The notes beneath the pieces were generated by a model. The model ran no database searches. It was not told the origin of the DNA and saw only the letters and a list, made by a program, of their open reading frames with translations. A DNA stretch of 64,000 bases. Origin: Bugula neritina (taxonomy: Eukaryota > Animalia > Bryozoa). Positions 53,680 to 64,000 of this stretch are shown here, in pieces (position 1 is the first letter of the stretch; every line of letters begins with the position of its first letter). The stretch lies in the NCBI GenBank assembly GCA_964035545.1, contig OZ037767.1, positions 9,992,581 through 10,056,580 of the forward strand. Direction: 5' to 3'. The position numbers were made by a program, and so were the translations under genes.

Positions 53680-53936
53680 ATATAGCCTGCTAAGGGAAGA
53701 AAGGTATAGTGTACTAAGGGAAGTAAGTTATACTATACTAAGGGAAGTAAGTTAAAGTATGCTAAGAGAAGTAAGTTATAGTATACTAGAAGAAGCAAGT
53801 TAACTAGTGTAAGTGGATTATAGTTTCCTAAAAGATGTTGCTATAGTTTTGTAGGAAAAGAAAGATATTGTGGAAAATAAACCAAATATTGGAGTTGCTT
53901 GCTCATGTCTTTGTATTTTCTGTTTATTAACTGCAG

Positions 53937-54890
53937 TGTCACTGAAGCGGTCAAACAGCTCTTTGAGTAGAAGCGTGTCAGTTGAGAGAACCAGTGATAC
54001 AGTTAGCTCATCCCGCCACCGAAACCTCTCAACCGCATTTGATGACCTTGAGTTATCCTCCACCCAGTCACCTACTAAACCCCATCTACCGGAGAACTGT
54101 GTGCAGAAGTGGGCTGCTGAATTACTTATGGCTATTGACGAACTACATCAGTGTGGACTTGTATTACAGTATGTTCAGTGGATTCTTCTCTTTGTTGTAT
54201 TCATATTTTATAATTGAACTTGAGTGATTATAATGAATAAATTAATTTTTGATAACATTCATCGTTACCATTCAGTATTACAGCTCAATGTTACTCCTCA
54301 CTGTTACCTCTCAGTGTTACCCCTCAATGTTATTCCTCAGTGTTATTCTTCAGTGTTACTCTTCAGTGTTACTCCTCACTGTTACCTCTCAATGTCGCTC
54401 CTCACTGTTAATCCTCACTGTTACTCCTCAGTGTTACTCCTCACTGTTATTCTTCAGTGTTACCACTCAATGTTACTCCTCAGTGTTACCTCTCAATGTC
54501 GCTCCTCACTGTTAATCCTCACTGTTACTCCTCAGTGTTACTCCTCACTGTTACCTCTCAATGTCGCTCCTCACTGTTAATCCTCACTGTTACTCCTCAG
54601 TGTTACTCCTCACTGTTACCTCTCAATGTCGCTCCTCACTGTTAATCATCACTGTTACTCCTCAGTGTTACTCCTCAGTGTTACCACTCAATGTTACTCC
54701 TCAGTGTTACCCCTCAATGTTGCTCCTCAGTGTTCAGTGGATTTTGTAACGTATTCTTACAGTGACCTCAGACCACACAACATACTTCTCAGTTCCCAAG
54801 GACAAATCACTCTCACATACTTCTGTCGATGGCCAGGGGTTCACCAGGAACTTTCCTCCAAAAGCAAAGAGCATTTTCACATTGCCCCAG
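53937..54890 (+). pseudogene. Duplicated RPS6KC1 exons 14+15, copy 3 (53937-54168, 54763-54890)
   Basis: Intact frame and splice sites; intron expanded to 594 nt. Confidence 0.85.
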
Positions 54891-55735
54891 GTGGGTGGTG
54901 CAGCTTGAATATTGCGTTTATATGTATGTGTAGCTGGTTTGAAGTAGAGGATACACTAATTATTGACTTCACTGTAGTATTGGTGAACAATAACTGTGGG
55001 AAATACTGTTCTGTTGTCACACAGTGCCTTCTGCATTCTATCACATGCTTTGGGCTGCTCCGCTTGCAACTTCTTTTGTTATAGTTTACTAAGGGAAGTA
55101 AGCTATAGTATACTAAGGGAAGTAAGTTATAATATTGTTGTGCGGAGCACAATGTTTGTGTGGGGTTCTAGTGAGCAATATGCATCTAGTCACAAGCAGT
55201 TCACTGGTAGTTTCGTGTGTGTAAGACTTTATTATAAAATTATACAATATGGCGTAAAAATCTCTATAAGTATAAGTACAGTATCACTTATCATCACGGC
55301 AAGTATACGCTAACTAACTAACTATAAATTGTTCACTTGGCTTCATCCAATAACTGCCAATCACTCCCTGATTGGCAGGGGGAATACGCATGAGGCGTAA
55401 GCCACGCCCCATCACACCGCCCCCCCCCAGCAGGAAGCATACCTTCCTGATATACACCCAACAATAAAATCAAAAAAATAAACTTTGCTACTTAAAACAA
55501 AACCAAAAAAAAATATAAAATCCGAATGGCAGGTATGACACACTATTGAGCAGACTTAATTTGACATAAGAAAAATATAATAGTAATATAACAGAACAAC
55601 ATAATCACAGGTACGGAGATCGTGCAACACCAGCTAGAGACAGTCCAAGGAGGGGATTAGAACGGAGAGGGAGAGTTTGTCACCACCTGCAGGTGTGGAT
55701 AGTCAGAGAAGTAAAGAGGGAGGGTACTGTTACTA

Positions 55736-56885
55736 TCAGTCATGGTCGCCCCGTTTAAGGAGGGCCAGGGAAGCTTTAAGGGTCTTCGTCTCGGAGGCGG
55801 CTGCGGCAACTCTGGGGCTTAGCCGTTGAATCTCCGCTTCTAAATCGTACATGCGGAGCTCGACTTCTTTTATATTGCGAGCTGTAGGGGGCTGCCGTTT
55901 TGGGGAGGAGGGTTTCCATCGCCGTTTAGAGGGGGGTTGCATAGGAGTGGGAGAAGGGGAACGTCGTTTCGGAGGTATCTCCACTCTGTGAAGTAGGACT
56001 CGAGGCAAGGTGGAAGGATGAGGTACAGTCTGTGCGGGAGGAGAGGGAGGTGGCTTGGTTGGTTTCTTCTGTCTGGGGGGTCTTGGGCACGGTCCATGAG
56101 TGATGAGGCGAGGTGAGGGGAATCCGTGTTTGAGTCGTTCGAAGCGGGGAAGATCCTTGATGAAAGGCTTGATCAGATTGAGAAAGGTGGGGAAGTTGTG
56201 TTTGTCTACATCGTACAAGTGTCCCACATGGCAGTCCATAGTGCGCTGGTGTCTGAGAATGTAGTCCCTGTGGTAACTATATTTACCACAGGGACAGAGA
56301 GTAGTTAGGAAGTGTTGCGGCACGTGGACGCGCAAACGGCGATGGGTGGAGAAGTGCTGCTGACACAGCCTGCAGGTGGTGTATCCGTCATGGCCGCGGT
56401 GCAGTTAAATTAGTTTCTCTGTCTCTGAGCATCCAGCTATGTCGGTTGAGTAGTACGTCTGGTATAGGGATGTGGGGGGTGTCTCGCTGTTCCAGGCCAG
56501 TTCTAATGGTGGCATATCTCCGTAGTCAGGAGAGCGAGTGGCGTCTAAAAGAGCAGAATTATTGTTAGATCGAGTTTGATCTTTACAGCATAATTCTGAT
56601 GACAATTGACTGTTACTAGTCTGAGAGTCATGCATCTTTTTATACGGCACCCGAGAGACTGTGTCAGGACGTGTAAACTGACTGAGAGACATAGTATTAA
56701 GCTCCAGATCTAGTAGATCGTCCGCCATTACTACGTTCTCGTCGTCATTCACGTGCGACTCTGTCTCCAGTAACTGTGATTCAATCAGATCGATTAAATC
56801 AGAGTTGACTGAGGTAAGATCTATTTCCATTAGTGGAGTGTTAGATCTAAGCAAGCTTACCTGAGAACTCGGTATTTATACTCAT
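55736..56885 (-). pseudogene. Accessory ORF3 of copy B (C-terminus intact; nonsense codon at ~56405 and two compensating small indels); putative intron 56860-56545
   Basis: Same zinc-finger and coiled-coil sequence as copy A; ORFs 56405-56854 and 55736-56335 are its two halves. Confidence 0.75.
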
Positions 56886-56915
56886 ACTCGACGTTCAGGC
56901 TTGGATGCAAATGGA

Positions 56916-59900
56916 TTAGAAAGCACGTCTAATCTTGACCGCGTCGGCGTAGGAAAAGGCTGGGCAGCGTGTTTGTTGTGCGAGACCGGAAATGTGTGCC
57001 CGGAGAGTGGTAATTCCACTCGCTATTCCGTTTTCGCAAAACTTGGTTTTTCCGTGGTGTTCATAACTCCCACGCTTTGCTGCCAGCCCTTCCGTACGGC
57101 GCCCAGCTGGACTTTCATGCCTGCCGCTTGTAATGCGGTCGCATACGAAGTCCTGAAGATAAGCTGGGGGTCTTCTAGTACGTTGTCCCCTGTCAAGGGG
57201 GAGAGATGTACTAGTGGTAGACGTCGGGGAAGGTGGTGTAACTGGTGAGGGAGGTGGTGTACTCACCAGTGGGTTGTTATTTTCCACTGGTGGTATTTCC
57301 TGCCTCCCGTCAGCCGTTATTCTTTCTTCTCCTCTGTTCTCTCCGGACGGAGCCCCTCCCGTGTGGGGGTTTTGCACTTCCAGAAGCACTCCTATTTCCG
57401 GAAGTGGAGGTGGCAGCCCTGGAGTCGGACAGCTTGGCTCTGGAGGCAGATGGTGTGGCCCCGTTGGGGGGGGGGGTGGCCTCTCTTGCCTCGCCAAGTC
57501 TTCAGTCCGTGGCACTACCCACTCATCATTGGGTGTATGCTGCCGCCGCCCGCGCATTGCCATCTGCCTCCTGGGCTCTAACAATGGGGGGAGGGCACCC
57601 CCGGCCGCACCTGGGCTAGCCCAATAGGGTTTCAAGCGGGCTTCATTCTGGACAGATATTTGTCCAGACCGCTCCAGCCTGTAAGTGTGATTGGGCATCA
57701 CCTCAACTACCACGTAGGGTCCTACAAACTTAGGCTGTAGTTTAGCCGCCTGTCCCCGACGCCTACGGTAGTTGATCATCCAGACCCAGTCTCCGGTCTG
57801 GTAGAGGGGTGGCTCATCAGCGTCTTCCTGTCGCACCTGCCACTGCTTGTCCCGCAGTATTTCGTGTGCGACTTTCAGACGCTCTGCCACTTCCCCAGCG
57901 TACTCGTGGACAGAGTATTCTGGTTCTGGAATGTGATAGGCAAGGTGGTCGGGCACTCGTGTCTCACGACCGAAAGTCAAGAGGTTGGGGGTCTCGCCGG
58001 TGCTGGTATGGGGCGTACTGCGATACGCCCTCATAACCTGTGGCAACACGAGATCCCATTCCTCCTGGCCTCGGCCTAGTAGTAGACTACGGAGTGCGTC
58101 GCCCAGCATCCGGTTGTTGCGTTCGACCACTCCGTTGCCTTGGGGGTGGTATGGAGTGGTCCTACTTTGGTTTACTCCCCAGAGGCGGCAGAGGTCGCTC
58201 ATCAGTTGAGACTGAAATTGCGACCCCTGGTCCGAGTGTAGTTGCTCGGGTAGCCCAAAGTAGCAGAATACGCGCTGGTCTAGTGTGTTGGCCACTGTCG
58301 GGGTAGACGCGTCTGGGATAGCCAGTGCGTCTGCCCACCTAGTGAAGTGGTCGGTCAACACTAGGATCCAGCTGTTTCCTCTGGAGGTGAGAGGCATGGG
58401 TCCGACCAAGTCAACAGCTACCACCTGCCAGGGCCTGCCAGCATAGAGCCTACGCCGTCCCGCCTCTCTAGGAAGACGGCCATGCTTGCTGGGCTGGCAG
58501 ACTTCGCATTGTTTGATCCTTAGTCGGACGTCACGCTCCATTTCGGGCCAATACCACCGGAGCCTTAGCTTGGTAAGCACCCTCCGAATTCCGGCGTGAG
58601 CCTGTCGGTGAGTGTCCCATACTAGCTCCCGGCACATGGCGGCTGGGCAGATCACCCTTTCACGACCAGGGTGTCCCTGGTCGGCGGCCAAAGTGATGGT
58701 CAGCAGACCATCTGGCCCGATCCGCAGGGAGTCCCAGCGTTGGCAGTACAGCCGTAACTCGGCGCACCCCTGCTGCAACTGTTCTTCGCTGGGTCGGCGC
58801 CCTTCCCGCTTAGCTCGATATACGTCGGCTACCACCCCAGGGAGGTCCTCCTGGAGTTTCTGTAGTTCTCTGACATTACGAGCTAAGACAGGATTGGCGC
58901 GGAGGTTGTTGACAGCCTCCGGTGGGTCAGGACTCTTTGGCTTGAGCTGACCTTGGTCCCAGTCGTAGCTCACTCCAGGGTGATCCAGTGCCACTAACTC
59001 GGATCTTGGGGGACCCCCGTCCCTTCTCTCGATGTTGTGACATTGCTTGCACCCCTCGTCCGGCCGCCGACTCAGTCCGTCCGCATTGCCGTGTTTCTTA
59101 CCGGGTCGATGTTCGATCCGGTATGAAAACTCGGCCAAGACTTCGAGCCATCGGGCGACTTGACTGGACGGTTCAGCCCTCTTACACAGCCAGATCAAAG
59201 AGGCGTGGTCCGTCCGCAAGCGCAACGGCCTACCGTAGAGATAAGGCCGGAAGTGTTTCACTGACTTGATTACTGCCAACAACTCTTTGCGAGTGGTGCA
59301 GTAATTGCGTTCTGGAGGTGAGAGTGATTTGCTGTAGTAAGCTACGACTACTTCACGGCCCTCTTGCACTTGCGACAGCACAGCACCAACGTTCTGGTCA
59401 CTGGCGTCTGTGTCAAGGATATATTCCAGAGCGGGGTCTGGGTAGGCCAGAATTGGAGCCTCTAGTAAGCGGCTTTTGAGACTGTCGAATGCCCTCTGCT
59501 CGGCGGGTGTCCACTGCCAGGCCACCCCCTTTGCGGTGAGCCGATTTAACGGCTGTGCAACTCCCGCAAAGTCTGGTATGTACTGTCTGTAATACCCTAC
59601 CAGCCCCAAGGGAAGCCCGGAGTCCGGTCAAGTCCTGGGGGGTGACCCAGTCGGCCACAGCCCGCACCTTATCAGGGTCCGTCGCCACGCCATTACGGCC
59701 GAATACGTGCCCCAGGTACTTCACCTCCGGCTGCAATAGAGCGCACTTGGAAGGTTTAAGCTTGAGGCCGGCACCTCGGAGTCGTTCGAAGACCTCCCTC
59801 AGACGACTGATTTGGGTCGTAAAGTCTGGGGAGATCACGATGACGTCGTCGAGGTAGACGAGCAGCGTCTTCCAGTGGAGGCCGCTGAGGACCTGTTCCA

Positions 59901-62166
59901 AGAGCCGCTGGAAGGTGGCCGGGGCAGAGGTTAACCCGAAAGGCAGCACCTTCCACTTCCACAGCCCGTCCCTGGTGATGAACGCCGCTTTTTCCTGGGC
60001 GTCGGGACTGAGGGGGACTTGCCAGTAACCGCTCAGCAAGTCTAAAGTACTGAAGTACTTGCTGCCGGCCAAGGCGTCCAGGGATTCATCGATCCGAGGT
60101 AGAGGGTAGGCGTCCTGTATGGTTACGCTGTTAAGTTTGCGGTAATCCACACAGAACCGCCAACTGCCGTCTTTCTTCCGGACCAGGACGACCGGCGAGC
60201 TCCATGCACTATGTGCAGGCTCTACGATGCCGCGGTTCCGAAGATCCCGGACTTGTCGGCTGACCTCCTTCTCTTTCTCGGGTCCCAGTCTCCGGGTAGG
60301 TTGGCGGACGGGCAGAGTCCCGGCAGCTAGCGGTATCTCGTGACAGAGGGCTTTGGTTAAGCCCATGTCCCGGTCTCCGCTGCTGAACACGTCCCCATAC
60401 TGGCGCAACAACTGGGCCATAACCTGGCGCTCCTTGTTGCCCGCACAGCCCTCACAGGCCGACTGGTATAGTTCCTGTACGTGTTCCGGGACGGTCCCCC
60501 GCCGCATAGACAGGCGCTCTTGGGGACTCTCCGTCGCTTCGCCCAGCGAAGGTCCTATGTCTCCCTCTCGGACCGTGTGGAAACGGCCCAATAGGGATCC
60601 AGACGGTAGTGTCACTGACTCTGAAAAGGGGTTGACGCACTGCACCAAGATCTCCCCCCGGTCAGTCAGCCGGTTTAGGCTGCTGGCGAGTTGGACCTTC
60701 TGCAGTGAATGGTCGCCCGGGAGCGGCCGGGTACTGTACAGTTACGGACCACCTGCACGCCCCCGACCAGGGAACGACCGAACTTGTCGACACAAGAGAG
60801 CTCCCGGCCTGCCATTAGCATGGCGGACTTATGGAAGTCCATGTGGCACTGGTGTCGTTTCAAGAACGGCGTCCCCAGGATGGCATCCTCTTCCAGCTGG
60901 CTGAGGATGAATGTTTCTTGGATGGCCTGGTCGCGTCCGCGACCAGGCAGCTCTACAACACCGTAGAAAGGGATACGCGACTCGTCTGCGAGGGTGCCAG
61001 GTTTCCCGGTGTAGGGAGCTAACCCCTTCCTCACCTGGGCAGGGAGGGCATCGAAGACTCGCCGACTGAGGAGATTCGTGTTGCAACCGGAGTCCAGCAA
61101 GAACGTAACAGCCTTGCCGGCTACCTTCCCGGGCAGAAAGTAGCTTTCTCCATGTGGTTGCAACCTTACTTCCCCAGCTTGCGTAGCCTCGGTCAAACGG
61201 CGTGGTGTTCGTTTAGTGGTAGGCGGGCGCCGCTTCTTCGGCGGAGGGGTGTTTAGTTCCCTTCCGATGTCCCTAGGGACCTCACCGGTCAGCTCCGTCT
61301 CCGGTAGCTGGCTAAAGCGGTTGGTGAGTGGTAGTATGAACGGCTCCCGTCGCCCAGTAGGGCGGGCGGTCCGTCGTAGTTTCTGCCATACCTGGGGTTG
61401 TTCTCTCTTCCTGGGTTGGAGGTTTCGGGGGCGGAGAGGCCCTGGCTGGTTGTTGCTCTTACTCCGGGCAGTCTCCCTCTTTCGTCCCTGGTTGGGGGGC
61501 CCGGTATTGGTAAGAGTCTTGGCCATTTGCTTCAGCCTGGTACTCAGTCGGCTTATCTTCCCTCTGAGTGATTGGGTTGTCTCTGTGGTGACTTGTGCGC
61601 TTTCTGGTTTCCTTGCATGTAACCGTTCTGCCCGGAGGTAGTCTTCTCCGACTTGCAGGGCACTTTCTAAAGTGGTCACTCCCTTTGCCTGTAGCTGATG
61701 GCAAAGACCCACCCACATCTGTTAGGGATTGCATAAAGTCAATGAGAGTAAAGTTCCGTCCGTGTGCTTCTGGCAGGTCACTGTACGCGCTCCGCGCCAG
61801 CCTCTTTACTAAGGCAACGTGGTCGCGGAGCGGAGTGCCTTCCGCCTGGCGTAGTGCTTGTAGACGGGCTCTGACTTCCAGAGCGGGGGTGCCAAAACGG
61901 CTCCGTAGTGTAGTGAATATTTCCGCCACGCTCCGTCCTTGTCTAAACGGTCTAGCGCGCTCCGTCAATACTTCCCGCAGCTTGACGAGGGTTATTTGTG
62001 GCGGCCATTGAGCGACATTTGCTACATCATGGAATTCTTCAATGAACTGCTCTACGTCTTCTACACCTGTGAAGGTGGGAGCAGTCAGTTTATTTCTATA
62101 CACCTCCTCCATATGTAAGAAACTGGCTGGCTTACCTCCCGGGTGCTTCGTTGTGTACTCTATCAT
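56916..62166 (-). pseudogene. gag-pol of copy B, interrupted (frameshift ~61710, 52-bp deletion ~60700, frameshift ~59608)
   Basis: ORFs 61459-62328, 60675-61718, 59413-60648 and 56916-59609 carry gag, protease (DSG...AILG), RT (YLDD), RNase H and integrase motifs. Confidence 0.95.
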
Positions 62167-62754
62167 ATTCTCCGTCTCTTCATTGTCTCGTTTTGGAATC
62201 CCACCGCTGCCACCACTGTTGTGCGGAGCACAATGTTTGTGTGGGGTTCTAGTGAGCAATATGCATCTAGTCACAAGCAGTTCACTGGTAGTTTCGTGTG
62301 TGTAAGACTTTATTATAAAATTATACAATATGGCGTAAAAATCTCTATAAGTATAAGTACAGTATCACTTATCATCACGGCAAGTATACGCTAACTAACT
62401 AACTAAAAATTGTCCATTTGGCTTCATCCAATAACTGCCAATCCCTCCCTGATTGGCAGGGGGAATACGCATGAGGCGTAAGCCACGCCCCATTACAATA
62501 TAGCCTGCTAAGGGAAGAAAGGTATAGTGTACTAAGGGAAGTAAGTTATACTATACTAAGGGAAGTAAGTTAAAGTATGCTAAGAGAAGTAAGTTATAGT
62601 ATACTAGAAAAAGCAAGTTAACTAGTGTAAGTGGATTATAGTTTCCTAAAAGATGTTGCTATAGTTTTGTAGGAAAAGAAAGATATTGTGGAAAATAAAC
62701 CAAATATTGGAGTTGCTTGCTCATGTCTTTGTATTTTCTGTTTATTAACTGCAG

Positions 62755-63526
62755 TGTCACTGAAGCGGTCAAACAGCTCTTTGAGTAGAAGCGTGTCAGT
62801 TGAGAGAACCAGTGATACCGTTAGCTCATCCCGCCACCGAAACCTCTCAACCGCATTTGATGACCTTGAGTTATCCTCCCCCCAGTCACCTACTGAACCC
62901 CATCTACCGGAGAACTGTGTGCAGAAGTGGGCTGCTGAATTACTTATGGCTATTGACGAACTACATCAGTGTGGACTTGTATTACAGTATGTTCAGTGGA
63001 TTCTTCTCTTTGTTGTATTCATATTTTATAATTGAACTTGAGTGATTATAATGAATAAATTAATTTTTGATAACATTCACCGTTACCATTCAGTATTACA
63101 GCTCAATGTTACTCCTCACTGTTACCTCTCAGTGTTACCCCTCAATGTTATTCCTCAGTGTTATTCTTCAGTGTTACTCTTCAGTGTTACTCCTCACTGT
63201 TACCTCTCAATGTCGCTCCTCACTGTTAATCCTCACTGTTACTCCTCCGTGTTACTCCTCACTGTTATTCTTCAGTGTTACCACTCAATGTTACTCCTCA
63301 GTGTTACCTCTCAATGTTACTCCTCAGTGTTACCCCTCACTGTTAACTCTCAATGTTGCTCCTCAGTGTTCAGTGGATTTTGTAACGTATTCTTACAGTG
63401 ACCTCAGACCACACAACATACTTCTCAGTTCCCAAGGACAAATCACTCTCACATACTTCTGTCGATGGCCAGGGGTCCACCAGGAACTTTCCTCCAAAAG
63501 CAAAGAGCATTTTCACATTGCCCCAG
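62755..63526 (+). pseudogene. Duplicated RPS6KC1 exons 14+15, copy 4 (62755-62986, 63399-63526)
   Basis: Intact frame and splice sites. Confidence 0.85.
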
Positions 63527-64000
63527 GTGGGTGGTGCAGCTTGAATATTGCGTTTATATGTATGTGTAGCTGGTTTGAAGTAGAGGATACACTAATTATT
63601 GACTTCACTGTAGTATTGGTGAACAATAACTGTGGGAAATACTGTTCTGTTGTCACACAGTGCCTTCTGCATTCTATCACATGCTTTGGGCTGCTCCGCT
63701 TGCAACTTCTTTTGTTATAGTTTACTAAGGGAAGTAAGCTATAGTATACTAAGGGAAGTAAGTTATAATATAGCCTGCTAAGGGAAGAAAGGTATAGTGT
63801 ACTAAGAGAAGTAAGTTATACTATACTAAGGGAAGTAAGTTAAAGTATGCTAAGAGAAGTAAGTTATAGTATACTAGAAGAAGCAAGTTAACTAGTGTAA
63901 GTGGATTATAGTTTCCTAAAAGATGTTGCTATAGTTTTGTAGGAAAAGAAAGATATTGTGGAAAATAAACCAAATATTGGAGTTGCTTGCTCATGTCTTT

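Larger units (their letters stand above)
55136..62497 (-). mobile_element. Ty3/Gypsy LTR retrotransposon, copy B (7362 bp); LTRs 55136-55416 and 62217-62497, PBS 62198-62215
   Basis: Near-identical to copy A, with the same ATAT TSD at the same position in the host repeat unit. Confidence 0.98.
43966..64000 (+). repeat. Tandem array of an RPS6KC1 fragment (parental ~38060-39124); units at ~43966/44107-45003, 45004-46237, 46238-55077 (with LTR element), 55078-63713 (with LTR element), 63714-end
   Basis: Each unit repeats the 24-bp donor repeat, exon 14, the 13-bp-repeat intron, exon 15 and part of intron 15. All share the junction CAACTTCTTTTG|TTATAGTTTACTAAGGG. Confidence 0.95.

Overview
AT-rich, intron-rich animal (invertebrate-like) nuclear DNA. 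The left 41 kb holds four spliced host genes: the 3' end of a calexcitin/sarcoplasmic Ca-binding EF-hand gene (+), ECH1 dienoyl-CoA isomerase ending in SKL (+), a Stardust/PALS1 (MPP5) MAGUK (-) and a full RPS6KC1 PX-MIT-pseudokinase gene (+). Their introns carry many mini/microsatellites, a hAT MITE, and a ~440-bp inverted repeat lies between the two divergent genes. From ~43.9 kb to the window end, a ~1.1-1.5-kb piece of RPS6KC1 (exons 14+15, a 360-nt phase-symmetric module) is tandemly amplified at least 5 times. Two consecutive units carry a ~7.4-kb Ty3/Gypsy LTR retrotransposon (- strand, 281/282-bp LTRs, ATAT TSD, tRNA-Leu PBS) at the identical nucleotide. The most unusual item is a third gene in the env position of this element. 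It encodes C2H2 zinc fingers, a Pro/basic region and a coiled coil rather than an envelope, and it has a canonical sense-oriented 316-nt intron predicting two isoforms (with or without an acidic N-terminus). Exon boundaries were read by eye; no expression data or database searches were available.
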